Made by a program: the position numbers and the translations under genes | Source of the DNA: a virus | Lineage: Duplodnaviria; Caudoviricetes | Length of the DNA stretch: 52,467 bases | Reading direction: 5' to 3' (one strand) | IMG/VR virus record: IMGVR_UViG_3300020042_007840 | Coordinates: 1 to 52,467 of that record | Notes under the pieces: generated by a model | Databases searched by the model: none | Seen by the model: only the letters and a program-made list of their open reading frames with translations | What the model was told of the DNA's origin: nothing | In this document: positions 6,836 to 14,990 of the stretch, in pieces | Layout of the letters: the number at the start of each line of letters is the position of its first letter | Numbering within the stretch: position 1 is the first letter of the stretch

Positions 6836-7173
6836 CTATCAAACCTGTGACCCCTGGGGACCACCCTGACCTTGAGCATTTTGACTACGAATGTGATGAG
6901 CTTGGCGTGACCTTGTCGTGCTTCTTTGAATACGAGCCCTCGGAGGTAGGGGCCGTGGAGCGCGGTACGGGGTTGAAGTTGGAGCCTGACTATCCGGAGC
7001 AGTGGACCTTGGTCCACGTTTACCTCCCCTGTGGCCGCGAGATATCTGCCGTGATGCGTCAAGACATCCTGGACGAAATTCAGCAGCAGGGCGAGGACAT
7101 GTTTTCTTTAAAGCAGGCCGATGAGGCAGGCGAGGCAGCAATTGACCGTTGGATGGAGAGCAGAAATGACTGA
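6832..7173 (+). CDS. Hypothetical protein
   Basis: ATGA-coupled start at 6832; RBS GGAG. Confidence 0.75.
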   Translation: MTIKPVTPGDHPDLEHFDYECDELGVTLSCFFEYEPSEVGAVERGTGLKLEPDYPEQWTLVHVYLPCGREISAVMRQDILDEIQQQGEDMFSLKQADEAGEAAIDRWMESRND

Positions 7174-7492
7174 TCAAGAATTGATTGACCGCATGGCGAT
7201 GGCCGTGGCCCCGGCTTTGGTGGCTAATTTTTTGGCGAAAGGCCTGGATGAGGAAGACCCCTTTGATTGGATGGAAGGGCTGTCTATGGATGCTTATCGG
7301 ATGGCTTACTGCATGTACGAGGCCCGCGAGGCGGGGCCGGGTATGCGCAAGGGGTCTGATGAGCGCCAGGAGCTGATCCGGCTGCGCAGGCAGGTGGCGG
7401 AGTTCCGGGCCATTTACCGTGAAGCGGTGATGGATGGCATGGAGGCGGACCAATTGATGATTCGTGTAAGCAAAGTGGAGGACTTGAAATGA
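7166..7492 (+). CDS. Hypothetical protein
   Basis: Start MTDQE behind GGAG. Confidence 0.75.
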   Translation: MTDQELIDRMAMAVAPALVANFLAKGLDEEDPFDWMEGLSMDAYRMAYCMYEAREAGPGMRKGSDERQELIRLRRQVAEFRAIYREAVMDGMEADQLMIRVSKVEDLK

Positions 7493-7731
7493 TGGATGGT
7501 GCAGATGTGAAATTTTCGATTGAGCAAGATGGTTGCTTGGCCGAGGTGGTGATTCCTGTGGAGATCATGCGTGAGTTGGGTGACACCCGCCGGGAGTACA
7601 TGGGCAACACGGCCAACGATTTGTATGACCGGGTGCGGTTCATGGTCCGCCGGGTGGAGGCCGAGCGTGAGCAGGCCTTGACCCCTGAGCAGCGGGCCTT
7701 GCTGGATCAATTCCGGCCCAGGAGTCTTTAA
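7489..7731 (+). CDS. Hypothetical protein
   Basis: RBS GGAGG; ATGA coupling. Confidence 0.75.
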   Translation: MMDGADVKFSIEQDGCLAEVVIPVEIMRELGDTRREYMGNTANDLYDRVRFMVRRVEAEREQALTPEQRALLDQFRPRSL

Positions 7732-7913
7732 TGGATGAGGACACCAAGCTGCTGCTGAGTGCTTGGCGTGCCTTGGTAGTGGAAAACCAACGATTGAAGG
7801 AGTTACTTGATGAACAAGACAGAGAAGGACCCGGAGGACGAGGCGTTCGAGCAACTGGCCTTGAAGCAGGGGCAATGGCACCACATCAGCGGCTGGAGAA
7901 AGCGCCAGATTGA
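7731..7913 (+). CDS. Hypothetical protein, short coiled coil
   Basis: RBS AGGAG; TAATG coupling; tail overlaps the next gene. Confidence 0.55.
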   Translation: MDEDTKLLLSAWRALVVENQRLKELLDEQDREGPGGRGVRATGLEAGAMAPHQRLEKAPD

Positions 7914-8076
7914 GCAGGTTGCACACATGGATGTGCATAGCCACCCCGCCGAGTTTGCACACTTGACCCGCAACGACACGATCGAAGAGGTGGCAAAGGT
8001 TGTGGAAAAGGTGATGATAAAGCGGGGCGACACAGGGCACGATATTGCACGGCTTGTCAGGAGTATGAAGCGATGA
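7810..8076 (+). CDS. Hypothetical protein
   Basis: RBS AAGGAG; DPEDEAF and RNDTIEEVA motifs. Confidence 0.7.
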   Translation: MNKTEKDPEDEAFEQLALKQGQWHHISGWRKRQIEQVAHMDVHSHPAEFAHLTRNDTIEEVAKVVEKVMIKRGDTGHDIARLVRSMKR

Positions 8077-8399
8077 ATACCTTTATGGACGCACTCAAAG
8101 TCACTGGGACTACGCTACTGCTTGTCTTAATCGCCTGTCTTTTCATCCTGGTAGGGGTTGTATTTCTGCAAGCCACATTTGGCCCAAGCGAGGAACAACG
8201 GGCCAAGGATCGCATCCCCGCCGCTGTATCAAGCGCAGACGGATGCACGGTCTACAAGTTCTACGACAACTCAGCTTGGCACTACTTCACCAAGTGCGGC
8301 GGCACGGTGACCACGACAAAGAACTACACGGAGAGCTGCGGCAAGGGTTGTAGCCGCCCCCGCACAGAGGCTATGACAACGGAGGGGAATCAACCATGA
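8073..8399 (+). CDS. Membrane-anchored exported protein with cysteine pairs
   Basis: N-terminal TM helix; DGCTVYKFYD...YFTKC motif. Confidence 0.75.
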   Translation: MNTFMDALKVTGTTLLLVLIACLFILVGVVFLQATFGPSEEQRAKDRIPAAVSSADGCTVYKFYDNSAWHYFTKCGGTVTTTKNYTESCGKGCSRPRTEAMTTEGNQP

Positions 8400-8617
8400 A
8401 ACAAAATGAAATTATTGAAATGGCAAGACAGGCGGGGCTTCATGTGGCAACCGATGTGAACTGGATGCCAATCATTGGGCTTGAGTACGCAGAGAAGTTG
8501 ATTGCGCTTGCCCGTGCTAACGAACGTGAAGCGTGTGCCAGGGTTTGTGATGGATGGCCTGATTACGATGTGCAGGGCTTGGCTGAAGCCATCAGAGCCA
8601 GAGGAGAACAGGCATGA
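8396..8617 (+). CDS. Hypothetical protein (EREACA...AIRARG type)
   Basis: ORF with coupled start and stop. Confidence 0.75.
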   Translation: MKQNEIIEMARQAGLHVATDVNWMPIIGLEYAEKLIALARANEREACARVCDGWPDYDVQGLAEAIRARGEQA

Positions 8618-8748
8618 TTTACCACAGGGCTGGAATTTGGACGCAACAAGACATTAACGATTTTGAAGATTGCGTTGATATGCAACGGTTTGAAAAAAAA
8701 GGCAACAGAATTTTTGTTAAATATCCCCGCAAGGAGAAGAACACATGA
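8614..8748 (+). CDS. Small hypothetical protein, 44 aa, ending KEKNT
   Basis: Translated by hand; ATGA-coupled at both ends; RBS GAGGAG. Confidence 0.55.
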   Translation: MIYHRAGIWTQQDINDFEDCVDMQRFEKKGNRIFVKYPRKEKNT

Positions 8749-8882
8749 AAATTATTAAATATTTTATTGATTTATTGGACACGCTTAAAAAAATTGAGGC
8801 ACATCTCAATAAGCTCTCAAGCTGTGTGGGGAAACAACATAATGGATACGACCCAGCAGTGCGTATAAATCCATATAGCTGA
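8745..8882 (+). CDS. Small hypothetical protein, 45 aa
   Basis: Translated by hand; RBS AAGGAG. Confidence 0.55.
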   Translation: MKIIKYFIDLLDTLKKIEAHLNKLSSCVGKQHNGYDPAVRINPYS

Positions 8883-8896
8883 TCTAAGGAGAACAC

Positions 8897-9103
8897 ATGA
8901 AAGTACACCACCTTAAAGATTGGGATGCTACTGCCATGCTCACCCATGCAATAGAACGCATACAGCCAGAGCAGTCTTGCATTGTGTTGTTTTATGAAGA
9001 TGATGAACTAAAAACACTTTCCTCAAATGTAGACAACCAACACGCTGTATGGATGTATGAACTAGCAAAGCTAGTCGTACTGCATCAATGTGTTGACCAT
9101 TGA
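8897..9103 (+). CDS. Hypothetical protein
   Basis: RBS AAGGAG. Confidence 0.7.
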   Translation: MKVHHLKDWDATAMLTHAIERIQPEQSCIVLFYEDDELKTLSSNVDNQHAVWMYELAKLVVLHQCVDH

Positions 9104-9126
9104 AGCCAAACTCAAGGAGAAGAACG

Positions 9127-9378
9127 GTGGATAAACCAACAGCATGGTACGACCCAAGCAACGGCGTGGTCAGTACAGACAGAGACTGTCCTCTGTTCAC
9201 GCCGCTGGGTCAGGTGTGGCCGTTGTATCCAAAGGATGAGTGGGTTGATCTGACCGACACCCAAATTGAACAGGTCTACTTTGATGTGGTACAGGTACAC
9301 CGGGGCGCACCCATGCCTTGGGGCCAAGTGCAGTTTGGCAGAGCATTGCTGAAAAAATTTAAAGAGGTGAACACATGA
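9127..9378 (+). CDS. Hypothetical protein (EWVxLTDxxI type)
   Basis: GTG start behind AAGGAG. Confidence 0.7.
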   Translation: MDKPTAWYDPSNGVVSTDRDCPLFTPLGQVWPLYPKDEWVDLTDTQIEQVYFDVVQVHRGAPMPWGQVQFGRALLKKFKEVNT

Positions 9379-9545
9379 CACTACAAGAACATGTTCTTGC
9401 ACTGCCTGAAGCGGAGAGGGTGAAGTTTCTAAGAGCAATGGTGGCCGTGGCAGACGCAGGACGCACGGCGGGTGTGCCGCCAGAGCAGTGGGCAAAGGCA
9501 TATGCCGACACATACAAAGAAGTGGAGAAACAAAATGAACAGTGA
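9375..9545 (+). CDS. Small hypothetical protein, 56 aa
   Basis: Translated by hand; GAGGTG RBS; ATGA coupling. Confidence 0.6.
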   Translation: MTLQEHVLALPEAERVKFLRAMVAVADAGRTAGVPPEQWAKAYADTYKEVEKQNEQ

Positions 9546-9759
9546 TCAGAAATTTTGGCTTGGTATTTGGAGCATGGTATTGGCGTTCCTCGTAGCGCTG
9601 ATGGTGTGCATCACCATCAATGCTTATGGCAAGCGGGACAAATGGGAGAAGGCCGTGAGCAATGGCGCAGACCCAATGGTAACTACCTGTGCTTTGTATA
9701 GCGCGGACACGAGTGGCGATATTGCCATCTGCACAATCTTGGCACAGGGGCGCAAATGA
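9535..9759 (+). CDS. Small membrane protein
   Basis: Start MNSDQ behind GGAG; TM helix. Confidence 0.7.
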   Translation: MNSDQKFWLGIWSMVLAFLVALMVCITINAYGKRDKWEKAVSNGADPMVTTCALYSADTSGDIAICTILAQGRK

Positions 9760-9950
9760 GTTGGCTGCCCTGGAACGACAGCACCTGGGTCCTTGAAGCG
9801 CGGGACGGGGAGATTGTTGATGAGATACACAAATCCCTGTCCGGCTTCTACCACCTAGAAAGCACAAAGAAGAAGTACACCTCCTTGGAAGCGGCCCAAA
9901 GGGCGCGGACCAAGGAAGACGCAAAGAAAACCAAGGAGAAAAAGACGTGA
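9756..9950 (+). CDS. Hypothetical protein
   Basis: ATGA coupling. Confidence 0.65.
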   Translation: MSWLPWNDSTWVLEARDGEIVDEIHKSLSGFYHLESTKKKYTSLEAAQRARTKEDAKKTKEKKT

Positions 9951-9975
9951 TCAACACACAACCAGGAGAACACAA

Positions 9976-10149
9976 GTGCCCAGACCAAGATCAGAAATAA
10001 CCGACAGCGGGGTGGCTACCAGCATCCGAATGACAAAGTCCCAGCACACCGAGTACATACGCCTGGGTGGGTCTTCATGGCTGCGCAGGGTATTGGCCCT
10101 GAGCATCGAAGAACGTAGGAGGCAAGAACAGCAGGACAAACCATTATGA
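9976..10149 (+). CDS. Small putative ribbon-helix-helix-like DNA-binding protein, 57 aa
   Basis: Translated by hand: MPRPRSEIT...SIRMT...LGGSSWLRR; RBS AGGAG. Confidence 0.6.
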   Translation: MPRPRSEITDSGVATSIRMTKSQHTEYIRLGGSSWLRRVLALSIEERRRQEQQDKPL

Positions 10150-10260
10150 GCCGTGGGCCACGCAGAACGGTCCTTGTTTTGGGAAGACAAGGAACGGAGC
10201 TGGCAAGTTCATCTGCGTGCGCCCGGGCTCACCCATTTTATCAACCAAAGGAGTAATCAA

Positions 10261-10734
10261 ATGACAAAAAGTGACAAAATTCGCGAGTATTTTCGCAAAC
10301 ACCCCGACATGACTGCAACCCGGGTGGCTGCAAAGTTTCAGGCATCCAAGCCCATGACTTACAAGCTGCGCAAGGAAGTCCAGGAAGAGTGGAAGCCCCC
10401 TGAGATGCTGCCTATGCCTCCTCTCAGTTCCTGGTCAAAGATTTTGGAGGAAGTTGAGACCACTGACGTGGACGCAACCCTTGACGCTCGGGCCTTGGAC
10501 TACGGCGCATTCAAAGACGGCGCGGCCCTGATGCAGGGTATCAAGCGGCAGATGGCGGAGCATGCTCAAAAGCACGGCAAGACCTTTGCTGATGATCAGT
10601 GGGAAGCGCTGGAGATGATCGTGCACAAGATCGGCCGCATTGTGAACGGCAACCCCGACAAGGTGGATCACTGGACCGACATTGCTGGTTACGCCAAGTT
10701 GGTGGCTGACCGTCTGGAAGGGGTGGTGCGGTAA
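10261..10734 (+). CDS. N-terminal HTH-like domain plus DUF6378-like domain
   Basis: TLDAR..DYG.F...HKIGRIVNG.P...DHWxDIAGYAxL; RBS AAGGAG. Confidence 0.75.
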   Translation: MTKSDKIREYFRKHPDMTATRVAAKFQASKPMTYKLRKEVQEEWKPPEMLPMPPLSSWSKILEEVETTDVDATLDARALDYGAFKDGAALMQGIKRQMAEHAQKHGKTFADDQWEALEMIVHKIGRIVNGNPDKVDHWTDIAGYAKLVADRLEGVVR

Positions 10735-11027
10735 TGCCCGCCCTCACTGTAGAGCCCAAGGCAGCGCAGGCAATGGTCATGGCGTTCCTGCGCTCTTGCA
10801 ACTACACGCCAATGCGCACCAGCGAGCTCTCTAAGGCTTTGGGGGTGCATTCATCCTGCATCCGCAGGGCAGGGCTTTCCCTGGCCGCAAAGGGCCGCCT
10901 ACGGGCCGAACTGGTCCCTGGGCGGGGCAAGGGGGAATACCTGTTCACCCTACAGCAGTTGGACCTGTTTGAGGACCACAAGGAACCGCCCAACCTCTGG
11001 CAACGGATCAAGGGCTTTTTCAAGTGA
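10734..11027 (+). CDS. Winged-HTH DNA-binding protein
   Basis: MRTSELSKALGVHSSCIRR...L...G.L pattern. Confidence 0.65.
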   Translation: MPALTVEPKAAQAMVMAFLRSCNYTPMRTSELSKALGVHSSCIRRAGLSLAAKGRLRAELVPGRGKGEYLFTLQQLDLFEDHKEPPNLWQRIKGFFK

Positions 11028-11116
11028 GCCGATATAATCGGTGTTGTTGGATGGTTCATGTGGCTGCCGCACTCTTTTGAGTGTTTGCGCCATCTCTGGT
11101 AATTCCTTCCCAACAA

Positions 11117-11308
11117 CTAACACGCATGGGGATTGAACACTGTACAACCCAGCGATAAACTGTTTGGGCCGGGGCCACCGGATACAGTCCCCAGCCGTGT
11201 TGGTGTAAACGGATTGGCCCCGTGGGAGCTTTAGATTCAGTTGCGCCCCACCCTGCCGCATGGGAGACACCAACAACCTACATCTATCGGCGAAACAGCC
11301 AATCCCGT
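11117..11308. ncRNA. Candidate structured RNA with two stem-closed domains
   Basis: Stems 11117-11135/11185-11203 and 11209-11218/11298-11308 in the convergent intergenic gap. Confidence 0.4.
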
Positions 11309-11390
11309 ATTGCTAAGGTCAGGTCTAACCAGTGCAGAACTTCGCCATCCTCCAGGATGATTTCAAAGCGATTTTTGCAGGTCACAATCT

Positions 11391-13256
11391 TCATTTGGCT
11401 TCTCCCCAGCTCGGTCCAATTTCCACATCACAGCGGCTGGGAACTTCCAGCCGCGCCGCTTCGGCCATTATCCTGGCTGCTTCAACCGCCTCTTCGCGGT
11501 TCTTGACACTCAACGCAAGCTCATCATGCACTTGCAAGATGGGCGTAAAGCCCGCCTTGGCAAGCGCCACCATGGCAGCTTTGGTCTGGTCAGCGGCAGA
11601 CCCCTGGATCAACCGGTTCAACCCCTTGTAGGTGCCCGCCCGCTTGATCCGTTGGCCGTACTCCATGACTGCTTGCTCCCGGGGCAAGGCCTTGTTCACG
11701 CCCCACTCCATCGGCTCCCACAGCGGAAAGCGGCACTTGCGGCCAAGCAAGGTACGTATTGCGCCCCCCGCTGCCGGGTGATCAATGCGCTTCATCACAG
11801 CAGTGACCGTGCCCTTGAGGAACGGCACGTTGGTGTGGAACCGATCGATCAGGTCAGACGCATCAGTAAGGCTCAAATCAAGCTGCGCAGCGAGCTTATT
11901 CTTGCCCATGCCATACATCAGGCCCAGGCCGATCGTCTTGGCCGCCTTGCGCTTAATTTCAGCCATGTCCGCCACCATCTGGTGAAAGTCCGTGTCCGGG
12001 TTGGTGTGGTACGCCTTGACCATGGTCTCGGCCCCGGGTAAACCCAGGAGGTTTGCATAGTGCACGAGCAAACGAGGCTCCTGTGAGCTGAAGTCGTTGG
12101 ATGCCCAAAGCTCCCCTTCCTCCGGCAGGAACAGCGATCGCACCATGGGGCCGATGATCTCGTGGCGGGCAGGGACCTGCTGCAAGTTGGGGTTCGCCAT
12201 GGACAGTCGCCCGGTGACCGTGCCGCCATCATCAGACCGCATCTGGTTGACGTGGGGATGAATGCGGCCCGTCTTGGAACTGAAGTCTAGGTAAGGTTGC
12301 AGAAAGGTTCCGTGGGTCTTGTTGGTTTCGCGAGCCTCCACGATCAACTTAGCCACAGGATGTTCACAGCTATCCAAAAATCCCTTGGTGAAGCTGGGCG
12401 CACCGTGCTCAGTCTTGCTATAGGGCAGACTCAACTTGTCAAAGGCGTGGGCAATGGACTGCGCTGCCCAGATATCCACAGAGTTTCCACAGATTCTTTT
12501 GAGCTCGGCGTAGATTTCTTTCTCGCGCTTTTGAAGCTGCTCAATCAAGCGTCCAGCCTTTTCCCGGTCAAAGCGGATGCCTCGGCGGGTCATTTCAAAG
12601 AGCACCGGGAACACCTCGGTCTCCAAGTCAAAGATCGACTCAACTTCATCCTGGCGCATCTTAATTTTGAAGTGCTGCCACAGCTTCAGGGTCAGCGCAG
12701 CATCTTGCTCGGCGTACTCCCCGACATACATCGCTGGGAGCTTCCAGAGCTCCTTTTTAGGATGGACACCGAAATCGGCGGCGGCCTGCTTGAGGCCCTG
12801 CTCGCTCTTGACTTCTTGAAGGTAGTCGAAACCAAGGGAGTTGAGGCTGAAGCTGAATCGGTTTTCATCAAGTAATGGGGCCGCGAGCATAGTGTCGAGT
12901 ACTCTACCTCGTACCACGAACCCGGAGGCCGTGAGCCATCCAAGATCGTAGGCGGCGTTATGCATGATTTTGTCGGCTGGGGTGGAAAGTACATCCCGTA
13001 TCCAACGTTCAACAAGCCGTTTGTCAAGGTTGCCACCACCGCCATGAGCCACAGGGTAATACCCAGACCAACCGTCAACGGCGACAGCGTAACCAACAAT
13101 AAACCCATCGTTGCGAGGCCAACCGGGACCAAAAGACTCCATGTGAGGGTCACAGGTTTCGAGGTCAATTGCAATCTCCTTAGCGTTGGATAAATTGGGA
13201 AAGGTATCTGGGGGCACCCACTCGGTGGGGGCGGGAAACATTGGGATGGTTCTCAT
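11391..13256 (-). CDS. polA: Family A DNA polymerase with 3'-5' exonuclease
   Basis: DLET exonuclease motif, TGRLS..PNLQQ, DFSSQEPR, KTIGLGLMYG and QVHDEL; likely start at MRTIPMF. Confidence 0.97.
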   Translation of the reverse strand: MRTIPMFPAPTEWVPPDTFPNLSNAKEIAIDLETCDPHMESFGPGWPRNDGFIVGYAVAVDGWSGYYPVAHGGGGNLDKRLVERWIRDVLSTPADKIMHNAAYDLGWLTASGFVVRGRVLDTMLAAPLLDENRFSFSLNSLGFDYLQEVKSEQGLKQAAADFGVHPKKELWKLPAMYVGEYAEQDAALTLKLWQHFKIKMRQDEVESIFDLETEVFPVLFEMTRRGIRFDREKAGRLIEQLQKREKEIYAELKRICGNSVDIWAAQSIAHAFDKLSLPYSKTEHGAPSFTKGFLDSCEHPVAKLIVEARETNKTHGTFLQPYLDFSSKTGRIHPHVNQMRSDDGGTVTGRLSMANPNLQQVPARHEIIGPMVRSLFLPEEGELWASNDFSSQEPRLLVHYANLLGLPGAETMVKAYHTNPDTDFHQMVADMAEIKRKAAKTIGLGLMYGMGKNKLAAQLDLSLTDASDLIDRFHTNVPFLKGTVTAVMKRIDHPAAGGAIRTLLGRKCRFPLWEPMEWGVNKALPREQAVMEYGQRIKRAGTYKGLNRLIQGSAADQTKAAMVALAKAGFTPILQVHDELALSVKNREEAVEAARIMAEAARLEVPSRCDVEIGPSWGEAK

Positions 13257-14755
13257 AGCCGGAATCCTTTTTCTGCATGCTTGGGCAGCACCAAGTGCAA
13301 TGCTTGCTTGGCGCGAGTAATGCCTACGTAAAAGAGGCGGTGAACGTTGTCGCCGTTCTTGGCGTATTCCTGGGCAAACTTTGGTGAGAGGTCCATCATC
13401 AAAAGGACGTTGTCCGCTTCGCCGCCCTTGGCTCCGTGGATCGTGGACAGTTTGATGCGGCTCGCGCTCGACAACTTGGTTTTCCTGCGCAGCACGGCCC
13501 TCAAGTAATCGAGCTTGTCTTCGCTGATCCGGCTGAGCCCCTCGTACCAAGGAGGGCTGCCCAGCAGTCCGTGGTCCTTGGTCAGCGCAGCGAGGGCATA
13601 CATCGCTTGCGGATCGGCCCCTTTGAGCGTCCTGTGGCCCCTTGCAACCAGTGAGGCATCCAAGTACCTGTACAGCTCCGCTACGGCCGCTCCATTGGCT
13701 TGCTCGCCCCTGCGCAGGCGCTCCCAGGAGATGACCGAGGAGATGATCTTGGGGCTCAGGCTTGGGATTCCGCCGCGCTCAAACAGCACGCCCCCGGCCC
13801 TGAGCCATTCATGGATGGGGTTGAGCATGTAATTGGTAGCGGCAAGAATTAGCCACTGCCCATCATCCACCGGCACGTCTTCAAAACGGTGGTAGGTCTT
13901 GACCATGCCTTCAAAGTCCCGGGCCTTCCACAGCTTGGGTTGGCGCTCGTTGATGCGGTGCACGATCCGGTTTGCCAGGGCGTGGACGGTGCTGGGGACC
14001 CGGTAGGACTGATCAAGGACTTTGATCTGGCCCTGGAATGACAAGAAGCTCTTGACATCGGCCCCAGCCCAAGTGAACACCGCCTGATCGTCATCCCCGG
14101 CAAGAAATACCCGTTTGGCTTTTCCAGCCAAGATTTCTACCATTTGCCACTGCAAACGGCTTAAATCCTGGGCCTCATCGATGATCAGCACCTCCAGGCT
14201 TGGCAGGCAGGAATGTTCGGTGACCACCATCTCCAACAGATCGGTGAAATCCAGCAGGTCCTTGCTACGTTTGTAGTGCCTGTAGCTACGTTCGACAAAC
14301 TCAAAGTGATGCCACTCGATGTCCAAGCCGCACTGGTTGTAATGCGTGCGCAAATCAGACCCACGGATGCGGGCCAGATTGATCTCGTTAAGGATGGGGT
14401 TGTCCGCCTTGGCAACGTCCGTATCTTCTTCGCTGCCGACTTTGAGCTCGATGCCCACCTCGGCTGCAAACTCGCGGTAATTCTCTGGCTGCATCATCAT
14501 GTCGGCCTTGACCGCTAAGCATTGGAAGGCGAGGCTGTGCAGGGTGCGGAAAAAGGGGAAGCTGGTCTTGGCGTTAAGTTGCGGGAACTTGTCAATGGCA
14601 CGGTCCCGCGCTTCATTGGCGGCTTTCCTGGTGAAGGAGAAGTAGCCCATTCTTTCTGAGGCAACGTGCGCTTCAAGCTCGCGGTCAACCACGTTGAGCA
14701 GGTAGGTTGTTTTGCCGGACCCTGGGGGCCCAAACACTTTGGTGATATCAGGCAT
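13253..14755 (-). CDS. UvrD/Rep-like SF1 helicase
   Basis: GPPGSGKT, DEAQD, GDDDQ, QSYR, STIHGAKGGE and YVGITRA. Confidence 0.95.
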   Translation of the reverse strand: MPDITKVFGPPGSGKTTYLLNVVDRELEAHVASERMGYFSFTRKAANEARDRAIDKFPQLNAKTSFPFFRTLHSLAFQCLAVKADMMMQPENYREFAAEVGIELKVGSEEDTDVAKADNPILNEINLARIRGSDLRTHYNQCGLDIEWHHFEFVERSYRHYKRSKDLLDFTDLLEMVVTEHSCLPSLEVLIIDEAQDLSRLQWQMVEILAGKAKRVFLAGDDDQAVFTWAGADVKSFLSFQGQIKVLDQSYRVPSTVHALANRIVHRINERQPKLWKARDFEGMVKTYHRFEDVPVDDGQWLILAATNYMLNPIHEWLRAGGVLFERGGIPSLSPKIISSVISWERLRRGEQANGAAVAELYRYLDASLVARGHRTLKGADPQAMYALAALTKDHGLLGSPPWYEGLSRISEDKLDYLRAVLRRKTKLSSASRIKLSTIHGAKGGEADNVLLMMDLSPKFAQEYAKNGDNVHRLFYVGITRAKQALHLVLPKHAEKGFRL

Positions 14756-14990
14756 CAATGTCCCACATGTCGTTGGGCCACACGAGCACCGGGGTGTGCT
14801 CGCCCACATAAGCACCCTCGATGTTGTATTCGATGTACTCCCGCGCCATCTCAGAATCCATCCCGTCCCGGATCATCAAGATGTCGCGAATCTTCTCTGC
14901 GTCATACACCAGCACACCGACCACCTGGGGTCCCCTCCAAATCTCGGCAGGGCCAATGATCGCTTCATCAAAACCATCAATTCGTAGCAT
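14748..14990 (-). CDS. Conserved phage hypothetical protein
   Basis: DGFDEAIIG...EY.EYNI.GAYVGE.TP. Confidence 0.8.
   Translation of the reverse strand: MLRIDGFDEAIIGPAEIWRGPQVVGVLVYDAEKIRDILMIRDGMDSEMAREYIEYNIEGAYVGEHTPVLVWPNDMWDIDA

Noticed and set aside
11030-11390. Canonical tRNA gene
   Set aside because: No convincing T-loop (GTTCGA) or cloverleaf found by eye; kept only as a structured RNA candidate
13257-13550. N-terminal extension of PolA (719-aa call)
   Set aside because: It overlaps the helicase C-terminus; the ATGA-coupled start at 13256 is more plausible
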